Assembly: GCA_025603075.1 (NCBI GenBank)
Contig: MU626279.1
Coordinates: 112,543-176,542, forward strand
Source of the DNA: Neoconidiobolus thromboides FSU 785
Lineage: Eukaryota; Fungi; Entomophthoromycota
Length of the DNA: 64,000 nt
Direction of reading: 5' to 3'
Below, in pieces: positions 1 through 14,232 of the stretch; position 1 is the first letter of the stretch; each line of letters starts with the position of its first letter. A program made the position numbers and the translations under genes. The notes below the pieces were generated by a model. That model was not told where the DNA came from, searched no databases, and saw only the letters and a list, made by a program, of their open reading frames with translations.

Positions 1-714
1 TTGAATAGTATGTTATTATTATTATTTATTCCAGATAATGAATTGAATATTTTTAATAGTAAAGATGAAATGGAATTTGATAAAATTGAAGCACCTAAAG
101 AAAAGATAAAAGAATTACAAAAACTAGATTATTCTGCTAAAAGGTAATTAATAGCTAATAGGAATAAACAATAATGTATTCACAGTTATTTTAGTATCAA
201 TATTTATTACATGAAGATTGGAGATCATAATAAAACATTTCGATTTCAAGAACCAACTCGTACACAGTATCATGGTTTAAATCAACATATATTTGATTTG
301 ATTGATCAATCCAATATAAATTCAGACATTCAATTTACTAACGAAAAAGCCCCCATTATCAAATTATACTCTATTAAAAATCGAAGTAAACTAGAGGCAT
401 GCGCGAAATCAAGTAACTCACTTACAATTGTAGAAATATTTTATGGTGAAAAAGAAAGTATTTATTCAATAGTAATTAAACCCATTGGAAATTCATTCAA
501 TGTTAATAACACAATTATGTTAACTTTGGATTCCCCAAAGGCCTGGATTTATGGAGCTGTGTTAGCTATTTATAAATTAAAAGATTTCAATGTCAATAAA
601 ACTCATACTCATTTAGCTAACTTTTTTACACCTATTTTGTTAGCAAAGATAAAAAAGAATACAAAAAGAGTAGAAGATATTGTTCATAGATTTTGTGAAG
701 ATAGGAAAAGGTAA
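1..714 (+). CDS. 3' part of a spliced hypothetical gene that begins upstream of the window
   Basis: ORF 211-714, preceded by an exon (~35-143) and a GT..AG intron ending at cacag (~185) whose downstream frame joins the ORF; no recognisable domain. Confidence 0.45.
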
Positions 715-951
715 TATGAAATTACAGTTGTGAGTGTAAAAGTGGTATTAATTATGATTGGAGTTAATGAATATTGAGTATGTTATTATTTACTTTATTA
801 ATTGTTGTTAGTTGGATTCTATTTTTTAGATTGGGTAGATTATTATTGGTTGAAACTCAAATTCCCCTTAAAATTTAATAAGTATTAAAAATTTAAAAAC
901 TGAAAAAATTAGTTTTAGTTTTTTATTTTTTATTTTCAAATATTTTATTCA

Positions 952-1491
952 ATGGTAAATAAATATAATAAATATACATAATAAATAAATATAATAAATA
1001 TACATAATAAATTAATATAATAAATAAATATATATCAATAAAAAATTATTTAGGAAGAACAAATACATAATCAATTGAATATAATTAAAGGAATTGAACA
1101 AGAAGCTAGTTATTTAAGTCAAAGTTTTGAAACAATGAAAAAAGAACTAAGTTTACAATTAAAAGAAGTAAAGTTTATTAATATTAAATATTATTAATAT
1201 GAAATTAATTGATAATGATTTTAGTATACACAATTAAGTTTAAGTACAGTGGAATTATATAATGAAGCTTGTTTTGAATTAAAACAGAAAATGGAAGCTT
1301 CTATTATAGAAATGAAACAATTAATATCAAAAGTTGAAGTCATTGAAAAAGAGATGGGAGTCATTGATAAGTTATTAGATCAAAGGTAAATTACTATTTT
1401 ATTTTAAATATTAATAATTCTTTTAAAATGTAAAATTAGTAAAAAAATTAATAAAAATTTGGATACTTTAGAAGCTATATTAAAATACTAA
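952..1491 (+). CDS. BLOC-1 subunit 4 (cappuccino/CNO)-like coiled-coil protein, 4 exons
   Basis: Not in the ORF track. Manual splice: ATG|gt intron 955-1053, then EEQIHNQLNIIKG...LQLKE / YTQLSLSTVELYNEACFELKQKMEASIIEMKQLISKVEVIEKEMGVIDKLLDQ / KKINKNLDTLEAILKY*. Pattern resembles BLOC1S4. Confidence 0.6.
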
Positions 1492-1534
1492 TTTATTAAT
1501 TTATTAAAAAAAATAAATCAATTATTATTTTCAT

Positions 1535-2552
1535 TTATTTTACTTGATACTTGATTTTTGCAAAATAATGAAACACTTGTGGAACGAGATGATACAGTGG
1601 GATGAGATAATTATAAATCTTTGGTAAAAATACTAAATCCATACAATTATCCGACATCAATATCATTTTTTCTGCAACCACTGCAGCACTTAATCCTCTA
1701 TTTTTAGGTTTATTTTTAGTCAATTTTACATCCACTGCTTTTTCCCTTAACCCAGTATTAATTGAACCAGAACATAATATCCCAACTTGAATATCATTAA
1801 CTTCTAATTTCAAGGAATTAAAAAAACCCATCAAAGCAAACTTAGAACCACAATAAAAACTTCTAGTAGGCGCAGGCAACACCCCCCCTAAGGAAGAATT
1901 AATTAAAATGGTACCCATAATACTATTTTGTACTAAGTTGATGAATAATCCAGTTAATAGAATATAAGATCTATAGTTGATATCTAAAATACTATCTAAA
2001 GGTTGAAGATTAGACATTGTTTTTTCAGGGGAGAAATCATTGTTATTTTCAATAATTATATCTTGAAAAAAACTACTAGATAATATGCCAGCATTGAAAA
2101 TTAAAGTATCTACAAAATCCCAATCTTCACTCACTTTTTCAACTAAATGAATACATTGTTTAGTATCACTTATATCACATGATATAATTTTTATTAATTG
2201 CGAATCTCTCTTTTTTATTGAAATTAATTCACTTTTTAAATTATTTAAATTAACTTTGTTTCTAGCTACTAAGATTAAATCCGCTCCTCTTGTAGTATAT
2301 TTAATGGCTTTTATAAAAAAACATTAATCCAATTTAGTTGTTTATTTTAAAAATAATAAAGTTACCTAACTCTTTTCCTACTCCTTCACTAGCCCCAATG
2401 ATTACTACTTTTTCATTAATGAATGTTATCTTCTTTCTTTTTTGAATTTTTTGATGTTGAATATATTTATTGATAATAAAAACAAGAATGATTAGTAATA
2501 GTAAACTATAAACTAATAATAATAGTAGATTATTGATTATAGTGAGTATCAT
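1535..2552 (-). CDS. Short-chain dehydrogenase/reductase with N-terminal membrane anchor (DHRS7-like), spliced
   Basis: Hydrophobic N-terminus, VVIIGASEGVGKEL Rossmann motif, NAG, catalytic YCGSK (YxxxK). Confidence 0.85.
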
Positions 2553-2979
2553 ATTTAGCGTAATTTAATCAATTGAAATTTCAAAAGATTGAATTTTATT
2601 ACAAATTTAAAAATTTCTAGCAAATTAAACTTGTAACTTAAACTTGCAATTATTTGATTTAAATTGAACTTGAAAATTAAGCATGTAATTATTCAATTTA
2701 TTTTGATTCTATAAAATGAAAATTGACTAAAATTAACTAAATTGACTAATTTCAAAATTTTAGATACTAACTTCAACCAATAATAGTTTAGATATATTTC
2801 TTTCAAGTCATAATCTTTTATAACTTACCAAATTAAATTAACCACAAAAATTTATGACGATCGATTTAGGTCAATCAAAATATTAATTCCAATCTCAAAT
2901 ATTAAAAATTAAGTTCAATTAACAATAATAATATTAAGCTTCTGAAATATTGAATTTCTTTTTTCATTAATTTTATTAC

Positions 2980-3426
2980 ATGTCCTTGTTATCTATGACA
3001 CCTATCAATTATTCATTACTACATAGTACTCATGCATTAATGGCTGGTAGTTATTATCTACTACTTAGTACCTTATCTAGTCACACTGGTATGGTCATTA
3101 GTATAGACAAATCCCTACTCCCCTCAATGACCTTACTACTCTTCTCTATTTCCTTGTTGTTAGTGGAAGCTGAGCCTATTTATCCTCGTTTACCCACCTT
3201 AATGAAACATTTATTAATTAGTCCTATTGATTGGGGTTTATTTAGTTTATTAATGTTCTTTTGTTGGGTGTTAATATTTGATTATTCGTTTGATTATATT
3301 GATTTAAACAAATTGGAGTTTATACCAAAATTAGCTTATTTTGTATTACCTATCTATTCTTTAATGTCTTGGTTACTACTAGCATTAAAAGCCATTGGTG
3401 TTTGGAATATTAATTCAGAGAATTAA
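2980..3426 (+). CDS. Hypothetical multi-pass membrane protein, single exon, 148 aa
   Basis: Clean ATG..TAA ORF, GC higher than flanks, about 4 hydrophobic segments; family not recognised. Confidence 0.55.
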   Translation: MSLLSMTPINYSLLHSTHALMAGSYYLLLSTLSSHTGMVISIDKSLLPSMTLLLFSISLLLVEAEPIYPRLPTLMKHLLISPIDWGLFSLLMFFCWVLIFDYSFDYIDLNKLEFIPKLAYFVLPIYSLMSWLLLALKAIGVWNINSEN

Positions 3427-3630
3427 CTGAATATATTATAAAAAAGATGTAAGATTTCTTTTGTAATGTTGGCATCGATGCTATTTTTTATATTTAAAAA
3501 ATAACTATTATTTTATTTATTTTGTTCTTTTTATTAAAGTTATTATTTTTTATTTTATTTTTATTAAAAGTTTATTATCGTTTTGAGTTTTATTTTTATT
3601 ATTTTTATTTTATTAATTTCCTTTTTCTCT

Positions 3631-6600
3631 CTATTCAAAATACCCTTCTAACCCTTGTAACTTGTTATTTAATTCATTGAGATCTGCTAAGGGTCCATTT
3701 TTAAACCCATAATAATCTAAAATACTAGTAGTAGATGAATGATTTCTTTGATGATTATGAATAGAAGATTGATCAGTATAAAAATCAGTCATTTTAGGTG
3801 GTTGAAATAATTCATTTTGTTGAAATTTGAATGAAGGTTGAATCAAATTACTATTATTTTTATGTCCAAAAGTATCAACTATTTCTTCATTAATTGTTAA
3901 ATTAGATTGTTTAAATTCTTGAGTTATATTCACTTTAATTGATTCATTTGGATTGAATTCAAATTGATTTTCTAAATATTCTAATGCTGCTTTAGATATA
4001 CAAGATAATAATTGTCTTGTACATTGTTGTTGATTTTCAGTAATTGGAACAGCCCATTTATTTTTAAGGCCATGTTTACCTTCAAATAAATTCATTAAAT
4101 CTTTATCGTTAATATTATCCTCATTATTTGTATTGTTTTCATTATTTTCATTATTTTCATCGTTTTCATTATTATTATTCATTTTCTTTTCCTCTATAAT
4201 TTTCCATAATCCAAATTTATTATTATTATTGTTATTTATAAAACTATTAATACTTAATATATCTTCAATAACTTCCAAAACTTCTTCATTATAACCTCGA
4301 TTAATTAGAGATAACAATGGTAATAAAAGATCTGGTTCATCTTTTGAAAATTTAACATGATCTGGATGAACAATAGCTAATAATAATTTAATTAACTTTA
4401 ATCTTCTTTTAGTAATAAATATTGGATGTTCATAGCATAAACTTTTTAATATTAATTTAATTGCTTCCTTTTCATAATCTGGAAAAAAATGTTTTCTCAC
4501 TTCTTGTAACAATTGTCTTAAACAAATTTCTTCATTACGATAGTTTTTGTTGGGAAGTTCTTGAATAATTTGATAAATTCCAAAACATTCACAACTTTCA
4601 CATAATTGCAGTAATTCATCTATTGTTAAATTCAATTCATTTCTATCTGTAATATTTGTCTTTCCATCAATACTTGTAAAACTTATTAAATAAGGTAAAC
4701 AATATAAGATTATAGCCAAATAAACCTTATTAATATCTATAATTAATTCAGATAATGGCATCAATGTAAATTGGTATAATAGCTCTAATGAAATAGAAGA
4801 GGCTTTACCTGAAGAGAAACCAATTAATAATGCATCTTCAATACTTGATAGATATAATTGGTCTGGTAAAAAACCTAAAAAGATACTTAATCCATAAATA
4901 TCTTTATTGTCTAATTGATTAATTGTCCATTTTAATAACTTAATATTACGTAAATATTCTAATTCATTATATGAATTTAAACTACCACATAAAAACCAAA
5001 ATAGAGGTGGGGTTAATAACCATTCAGATAAAGGTATTGCTTTCAATCGAATTTCTAAAGAATTTAAGATTTCATCTACAAAATTTTGAATATCAGGTGA
5101 AAGATCAGAAATAGTTCCTGATAATCTAGATAAAATATCAATTAATGTTTTAGGTTGTAACGGTAATGAAAAACTTCGATAAATTTTAAATGAAGCTTTA
5201 GCTACTGATCGAATAGGACAAGAAGTTGCCCAAGTAGAAGCTAAATCACACCAAGGATCCATTAAATCAGGTACATATAAAGAAAAAATTTCTATTACGT
5301 TTTGTACTAAATTAATTAAGGGGCTACTTTCTTGAGTTTCAGTATCTAATTGAAATTGAGAATATAAACTAGATTGAGCGGAATGTTTTAATACTTCTTT
5401 CTTTTCTAATAATTTACTGTTTAAAAAATTGGAAAAGATTCGTTCAATTTCGTCATATAATTTAGTATCTCTTTGACTACTATTTAATAATCCTAATAAT
5501 AAATTAGGTAATATGGGTTGAGCTAAATCTTGATTAGATATTGGTAATAATCCATTATCATACGCTTGGCAAGCACCTAAATGTAACAATAATGGTAAAT
5601 GATTTGAGAATGAATTTACTGCTAAGATCATATCAGATATAAATATTAATAATAATTGTCCTTTAGAATAAGCAGGTCTTTTAGTATGAGTTAAAATCAT
5701 TTCATCTAAATTAGCAATATAAAAAGGTAAACTTAATTCTTTATATCTTTCCCAACCAAAAGAAGAATTCACTTTTTTTTTAGGTATCATAGAATTAGGT
5801 GTTAATTGTTCAATTAAAAAATCTAATAATTCTTGTGCAGTTGATGTATGACTTAAATAAACAAATATATTTTTTGTAAAAAACACTAAACTTGGATTCC
5901 TTTTTTCAATATTTAATTGAATTAAACATTTTACTATAGCTGGTAATGCTTTTTGATTATTGGACGAATAGAATAATTGCTTCCATAATAATTCAATTTC
6001 ATTGGGATAAATAGAGGAATATTTTACTACTAAATATAACAAATTAGTTATAATAGCATGTGAAATAGGTGTTAATTCTAATTGATTATAAGGTTCTAAA
6101 CTTAATTGTAGCTCTTTCGTCCAAGAAGTTAATGATTTCAAAAGTGTTCTAACAGAGGCATCTAATACATTAGGTAATCTCATTATAATTTCCGAAAAGA
6201 TTTCCAATACTAGATCTGGATGAGTAACTGCTAATTGATCACAAATTTTAAATCGTGCATTTTCATAAATAGCCGCCAACGGATGAATAATCAATTCACT
6301 TAAATAATCTAGTTTACTATTGATATTACCTTTATCTGAAATATAATGTTGACGTAGCATTTTACAGGCCATAGTTCGAATCCTTAAACAAGAATCTCCA
6401 ATTTTAAAACAAATTAGTGCCAATTTCTTAGCAGTTGTAATTGGACAGATAGATGAACTAGTCAATATTTTTCCTAATGCTAAAAAATAAGCTTTTGTAG
6501 ATTCTTGTAGTGGATCCCCTGCATAACAATGATGTAATACCTTTTCAAATAATAATGGATGATCTAAATTATAATTTAATAAATTTCCTAATCCTAATTT

Positions 6601-9600
6601 AGCAATTGGATGTAATTTTTTATCTGGTGATAATAAAATTGCTTCTAACCAGCCAAATAAATTGGCTAAATTAAACGTATTTTTAGGTAAACTATTTCGA
6701 GTTGTACAAGAATTAATATTATTCTCAGACAATATTAAACTTGGATTACTAATAATACTTCCTTTACATAAAATAGCCATTAGATTTAATGCTGATATTT
6801 CTAAACTTTTTCTTAAATCTTCCATGGCTACTGTTTTAGCACCTCTTTGTATGACATCCGAATATTGTTCTAATACAGATTGCATCATTAATACTTCCCT
6901 TTCTCTAGTAGAATTACGAAATTGACCATGGCCACACCATTTTTCAGCTAATTGAAAAATATTCAATCTAGTTTCAAAGCTCATTGAATAGTTACTATCC
7001 TTAATTAAACTTAATTTAGTATATAGTTTTCTTCCTAATTCACAGAAATAAATTCTTAATTCTTGATGTTTCCAATCTAATTGAACTTCGGGTTGAGATA
7101 AATATTGAAATACATCTTTTAAAAATTCTAAAATTTTATTAGCTAATTCATAATCTTGTAAATATTCTTCATCCTGTAATATATCAGCTGTAATAGCCAA
7201 ACATTGAGTTAAACCTTCTCGAAACATATCTTGTTTTTTAATACTTTTAAAATCTTTAGCTAACATTCGTGCTTTAGTATCTTCTTGAACTAATCTCATA
7301 AATGGCTGTAAATCTTCAATAAATAATCGATAAATATTGTGATTGATATGACATAATGAGGTGACAATCATAGAACGTATCTTTTTATTTTCACATGATA
7401 GTAATACTAATACTAATCGAAATAAATCTTTAGCTGAATTGATTCCTTCTGTTGATTTACTTTCTTTTTTACGATAAGATGGCTCAGGTTTTGAATCTAA
7501 AGATAAAGTAATTGTTGAACAAATAAAAGATAAATATTGACCATAATGGGCTAATAATAAATCATCTGAAGTAGTAATAGTAGTAAATAATTCCATATCA
7601 ATTATATCCAATGAAGTAGAAGATTCATTACTTGTATTTCTTTCAGATAATTGACTTATAAATGGATGTAAATATTTTAATTTATAAGAGACCATATGAC
7701 GACATAATACAATTGAAACAGGCGAAATATCTAATAATAATTTACTTAATTTAGGTAATACAAAATTCCATAAAATTTGATGTTCTTTTTCTTCTCCTGT
7801 TGCTGCTTGATATAATGTTTCAATACTTAAACTTTTAACTTTATTTAAAAACTTATTAGTAAATTTTTTTGATGTTAATGCTTCTGTAATCACTTTATCT
7901 GCTCTTGAAGACATTAAAAAATTATAAATTAATTTATGATCTAATTCTAAATGTTCATTTCGTGGTTCTATTGTATTTTGAGTAAATTTTGAAAATTCTT
8001 TTTCAATTTTAGATATTAATTGTAATATTTCAAATGATCCTTTTCGACAAGATACAATTGGACTACATAAAAACAAAATACCTAAAGCTTCAATTTCTTC
8101 AATTAAATTCCAAACAGAAGAATTGTCCATTTCAATCTTATTATTATTTTGATTATTATTTTGATTGTTTAAATATTCTAACCAACAATTTAACAATTCA
8201 ACGAATATATTTAATAAATTAGGTCCATCTTGTTTCTCTTTTTTAGTATTATTATTATTATTAGTATAAATGGGAGCAATTAGTTCCGTAAATTGAACAT
8301 GAATATTCTTTAAACTTCTAGAAAAACATCTTAATACTAATAAATAAGAATTTTGTAATTGACATAATCTTTTTAATGCTAGTCCAGCAGAGCTTGAGAT
8401 TTGTGGATCAATATGATATAATAATTTAATTATCCAGTCAATTACTTTAGTTATTGTATAATTAGATGGTATTAATAATGGAATAGAATCTAACCAAGCT
8501 GTTATTAAATCAAAATAACTTTGTTTATCTTTACTATATATAATATACATTGTACTCAATTCATTATAAGGGTGTTTTACCATATCATTTAGTGTTTCTT
8601 TTGATGTTGATAAAAAACTATTGTTAATATTACTAATATTATTATTAATATTATTACTACTATTATTATTGTTACTATTATTACTATTACTACTATTATT
8701 AATATTATTATTTATATTTATGTTATTATTGTCTATTAAATTTGGTGAATTTAAGTGTAATTTCAATTTATTTGATAAATATTTTTCTTCAGTTAATAAC
8801 ATACTACCATAACTAATTTCCAATGCTGGTAATATTAATTGTAATTTATCTTCAAACAATTGTAATAAATTTAATATTTTAGTGTTAAATTGAAAGTTAA
8901 TATTGTAGTTATTACTCAATTTTGGTTTTTCATCTTCAATAATAATTTTAGTTGGATTATTAAAATTGAAGTCAATATTTTGAGGAAATGTTGGTACTTT
9001 AATTGAATTAATATGATCATCTACCAATAATAACAAAGCTCTCAAACAAAGTGTAAATCTATCTGGTAATAATGTATCCATAAAATTGATCATTAAATGT
9101 TGATTATGATCTAATTGTAATAATAAATTATACCAATTTGTTAAAAAGTAATCCAAATCATATGAAGCTATATAATAAATTATATAATAATAATGTAATG
9201 TTGTTGGTCCTTCATAAATTATTAATTGTCTTTTTGGGTTAACTGAAAATAATTGTCGAAAGATATTGTCTAATCTTTTTTGTGTGATTGTTGAATTTTC
9301 TACATATCGAAACAAATAAACCCACAGTATTCGACTTAAACATGCTAATCCATTTCGTGCATAATTCTTTTCCTAATAGTAATAGTGATAATAATAATAG
9401 TTATTATTATTATTAATTTAATATTATTATTATATAACTATGATATTTTATTTTTACCTTAACTTTTTGACAACATAAATCAAAAAAAGAAATCCACTTA
9501 TTTAAAAATAATTCTTTTTGAGATAAACCGATAACAGATGTCATCAAAGGTAATGAAATCTAAAAATTACAATTAAATATTATAACTCAACTTTAAAGAA

Positions 9601-11035
9601 ATCTAAAGCTCACATCATAATTTCTAGTTTTTAACAACAATTTGGATGCTTTAGTATCTAATACTTCTACTGCTTTAACTAATATAGGAAAATTAACTTC
9701 TGCATCTACTAACTATTTAAATTAATGAATTAATAAATCAATTTAATCCAACTTTCTCTTTTTCTTAACTTACTTGAACAATGGGTAATAACATTTCTAC
9801 AAAAGCTTCAGCATAAGCTGATTTCAATCTAGTGTGAGAAGTTTTTCTAAAAAAAGTAGCAATCGATAATAAAAATTCACTCGTTTCTTCTAAGGCATCA
9901 TCCGGATAGATTTTTAATTTTAAATATTTCATAGTATAAATAGTCAATGTTAAATTATCTTCATCTAATATTGTGTCGCCTTGAGTTTCTGGTATTTGTT
10001 CTAATAATGCAATAAAACGATCACTTAAGGTGGAGAATCTAATTGAGGAAGACTTAATTAAGTAATAAATATGTTTATATATGTTACCTTAAACTGGATA
10101 AAACTTTAATAAATTGACCTAATAATTTATATAATACTTGATGATTATTGGATTCCGCTATCATTTGACTAGAAACATATTTTATATTTAAAAAAAAGTT
10201 AAATAGACTAAATTAATCAGAACTTACGGCGTAAACGTTTTTAAAATAGAAAAAGCTAATTCTTCCAATGCATTACCCGCTTTATCTAAGCTACGTGTTT
10301 GCTTGATTTGTTTTAACATTTCAAGTAAGACTCGTAGACTTAAATATTTCACTGTAAGCTATAATAAAATAAATTCAATATTAATTCCATTTACAAATTT
10401 TTTTTAATTTACGTTGATCCTATCCATTAGTAAAGCTTGGGATCTAGATTGTCTACGAAGTTCTTTACTTTGAAAGAAATTATTAATAACCGGATAAATA
10501 TAAAATGGTGATAATAAACTTACATTGACATTGCGGAACATTTAATATTTTGCCAAGTTAATATAGAATCCGTTAATAAACTTGGATTTTGTCTACTTAC
10601 AGAACCTAAAGAATATAAAATACTATCTAAGTTTTCATCTTTCCCTTTTCCGACTAAATCAGAGATACGAAAGCCTAGTTTCTAAATGGATGAAATTAAA
10701 TTAGTAAAAATCAATTATGTATTTAACTTTATCTTATTTTTTAGTATTCAAAATAAACTTACCAAGTCATGTGCCATAGCTAAATCAATTTTCTCTTCCG
10801 CTAACTTTGTAAATGAAGTAAATAAATTAAATGTAACAATTTCAGTAGAGTGAGTTAAATTGGCTTGTAATTCTAACTTTTTATCTTTGAGATGAAGTAA
10901 TGGATCTTTATTTAACTCATTCAAAGAGGATGTACTTGTTAAATGAGTATCTATTTTATTATCATCTATTTGGGTTGGGATCCATATTGAATTGGAATCC
11001 GCTTGTATTGAGTTTTCAATATCGTCAAGGTTCAT
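3631..11035 (-). CDS. TAO3: Cell morphogenesis scaffold Tao3/Pag1/Mor2 (Furry family)
   Basis: 1894-aa terminal exon plus about 8 upstream exons to the ATG at 11035. Furry/MOR2 N-terminal motif KLKIYPDDALEETSEFL...LKSAYAEAFVEMLLP, plus LEISALNLMAILCKG and WATSCPIRSVAKASFKIYRS. Confidence 0.9.
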
Positions 11036-11086
11036 GCTTTTTTTTAGATTAGTGAAGTAAAAGTTTTGGTTTTTTTTAAAATGAAA

Positions 11087-12716
11087 TGGAATTCAAACTC
11101 AAAGAATTTATTGATTTTTTATGTATTAAAATATTTTGTTCTTTTCAAAAAATTATTAGAAAATTATGTTGTAATATTAATAAATTAAATAGATTAAATA
11201 AAACCCATTATTAACCCATATTTATTATCTGTAGTAAACCAAAAACGGAGCCTATAAAGAAAGAGATAATCGAACCGAATATTGATCTAACGCAGATAGA
11301 TGATAACTCAATATCTATAAAACAAGAGTTTGCAACCAAAAAAATCATAGCTAAATTACATGATGAGTTTGAATATATTGGTAACAATACAGAAGAAGTC
11401 CAATTGGAAGTTGAAGATATATTTAAAAAAGAAAATGAACATCGGTATATGAAAGCAAATATAACAGATTGGACTTTAAATTTAGAAGATAGAATCTATG
11501 ACTTAGGAGAGAAAATTATATTCGAACTAAAAAATGAGAATTCTGAAAAAGAAATCACATTCTCAGATCCAAGCTCGACTAGTCAGCAAGATATCTATTG
11601 TATTGGACGAATCTCTTATGATCAAACAGAAGATAGTCAAATAACTAAATTAGATAAAGATAACATTTATTTTGAAGCTTTGGTTAATAATAATAATTTT
11701 ACCAAAGTATTATTGAATATTCAACAATTAAATCAATTTTCTTTTTTTCCTGGACAAATAATAGCTTTAAAAGGTAAAAATCCCTCGGGTAAAGAATTTA
11801 TCATTAATCAAGTAATACAACCACCAAATTTACCTAAAGATGAAATACAAAACAGTAAAGGTTCAACTACAGTGGTTGCTGCAGGTCCATTTACTTTGGA
11901 CAACAATTTAAAATTTGATCCTTTAAAAGATTTATTAAATTATATATCAAGTAATATTATCAATTGCCAAATATTAGTCTTAATTGGACCTTTTCTAGCG
12001 GATGATCATCCTAAAGTGATATCTAACCGATATCCAGGTTCAATACCTACCTTTACTACACAAATTAGCAATTTACTATCCCAATTTGTCCAATCAAAAT
12101 CTAATCCTAAAGTCATATTAATACCATCTACAAAAGATGTATTTCATCCATATACTATTTTCCCTCAACCAGGATTTAAAAAAGGAGTCAAATTACAACT
12201 ATTACATCCTAATATTTATACTGCTTCTAATCCAGCTTTTTTTAAACTTAATCAAGCTTCATTTTTAGCCCAATCAATTGATGTACTGTTAGCTATATCA
12301 ATGACCGAATGTTCAGTGGGGCAAAAAAAGCCGCGTATGAGTTTGTTATCGGAACATTTATTAAATCAATATCATTCTTTACCCATTTATCCTTATCCAG
12401 AAGAATTCGATGTGGATTTATCCAATCTTAACTCTATTACTTTAGATAGAAAACCGAATTTTTTATTACTTCCATCTAAGTTACATCCTTTTTGTAAGGT
12501 AAGCCTTATTATTTATTTTTATATTATTTATTAACTCCAATGTAGATAATTTCAGACAAAGATACAATTGTTGTTAATCCTGGCACTTTATGCTCTGGAC
12601 AAAGTATGGGTACATTTGCTGTAATAAAAATTAATCCAGAAGATTTAGAAGGTATTGAAGAAGACCCAAGTCAAGAATTTTCAAATAGAACACAAGTTGA
12701 AATTATCAAATTATAA
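11087..12716 (+). CDS. POL12: DNA polymerase alpha subunit B
   Basis: IGRISYD, FSFFPGQIIALKGKNPSGKEF, VVAAGPFT, LIGPFL, DVFHPYTIFPQP; last exon VVNPG...RTQVEIIKL* (12546-12716). 5' end tentative. Confidence 0.9.
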
Positions 12717-12785
12717 TTAAAAACAGTAATAAAAAAAATTATAAATTACAAACCCTAAGAAAATCTTGAATTTTATTTATTTAAT

Positions 12786-14232
12786 TTATTGCTTTTGTAA
12801 ATCGGCCGTTTTATAAATTTCCCCAATAATATTAAGTGCCATAGCTCTTAATCTTATTTCTTCTTTATTTTTTGGATCTTCACTCAATATTTTATCACAA
12901 ACTCGACGAATAACTCCTTGTACTTCAATACGAGAACCCATCCAAATAAGATCCAAGCCTTTTTGAGCAAATTCTTCTTCTAATTGTGATTTTTTAGCCA
13001 TATCAATACCCTCTTTATCCGCATTCATCAATAAATCACCAGTCCTTTGTAATTGTGCAGTGGATTTAATAGCGGATACAGTATCATTAAAAGTATTAAA
13101 TGCATCACCAAAATAATGACCAGTTTCTTTAAAATAACTAAATAACTTTGGAGTCTTCAGGGATTCAAGGTATCTTGTCGCTTTTTGTGAATAAATGGTA
13201 CCAACTGCTTTTAGTATTTCAGTACCAAAAGAAGCTACTTTTAAATCTTCCACTTCCAACTCGATTTGTTTACGAAATTCCATATCTCTTGTTTTAACAT
13301 CTCCTTCGATATAATTCCTTATCTTAGCCAATAATGTACCTGTTAGATATTCTATCCTTTCAACCATAGCTTCTTCTCTTGCTGAAGATTCTTCTTCATC
13401 TTTTTTCTTCTGTTCTTCTTTTGTTAACTTCTTTTCTTCAACGGTACCCTCCTCTTCTGGATTATTCATCATCTTTTTAAAGTCTTTGGCTAAATAAATT
13501 TCTCCAATAATATCGTAAAATGCTTCACCCCCAAAACTTTGTTTAAAGAACTCATCAGGATCCACTAAATAAAATATAAATAAAAAACTTTTAAAGATTG
13601 CCGTTTCTACTTACTAAATCCGCCTTCTGGTGTTACATTCTTATCTGGTCCAAACTCATTATATTTTTGACGTAATTTAGGGTCGGATAATGTTTGGTAA
13701 GCATCCGATATTTTTTTAAACTAAAAGAAATAAAAAATAAAATAAAAGCATTAATTTATATTCGATGAACAACAATAAGCCTACCATCTCTTCAGCCCCT
13801 TCTTCTTGATTTTTGTCCGGATGATATTTCATAGCTAAGACATAATAAGCTTTCTTTATCTCACCTCCACTTGCAGTAGCTGATACTCCTAAGATTTCAT
13901 AATATTCCATAGAAACTGGATTTTTATCTAAAAGTTTATCTATCAATACCAAATTAAAATCCCAACATCATAACCTTACCCGTTCCTCTACCCATCCTGG
14001 GTGAAGTTGTACCACTCTTACTTTTACTACTTTCTTTATTTTCTTTATTTTCTTTATTAAACCCTAATAAACCCGAGGTTGGTACTTCAAATACAGCATG
14101 ACAAGCATAACAGCCAATATTAAGAAATTGAGTCAATTCAGTAGGTGGTGAAAACTCTACTGCTAAATTACATGAGTTACATACCACAGTACAATATAAT
14201 GGTTTTCGGGACCAGATAACCGATTTGGCCAT
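12786..14232 (-). CDS. DnaJ (Djp1/Caj1-type) co-chaperone with DnaJ-X domain and an N-terminal CxxC..CxxC extension
   Basis: EYYEILGV...[17 protein letters not shown]-domain; [15 protein letters not shown]; C-terminal [14 protein letters not shown]. Confidence 0.88.

Noticed and set aside
6662-8812. Plus-strand ORFs at 6662, 8034 and 8621 (poly-Leu)
   Set aside because: Antisense shadows of TAO3; the poly-Leu is the reverse complement of the AAT tract
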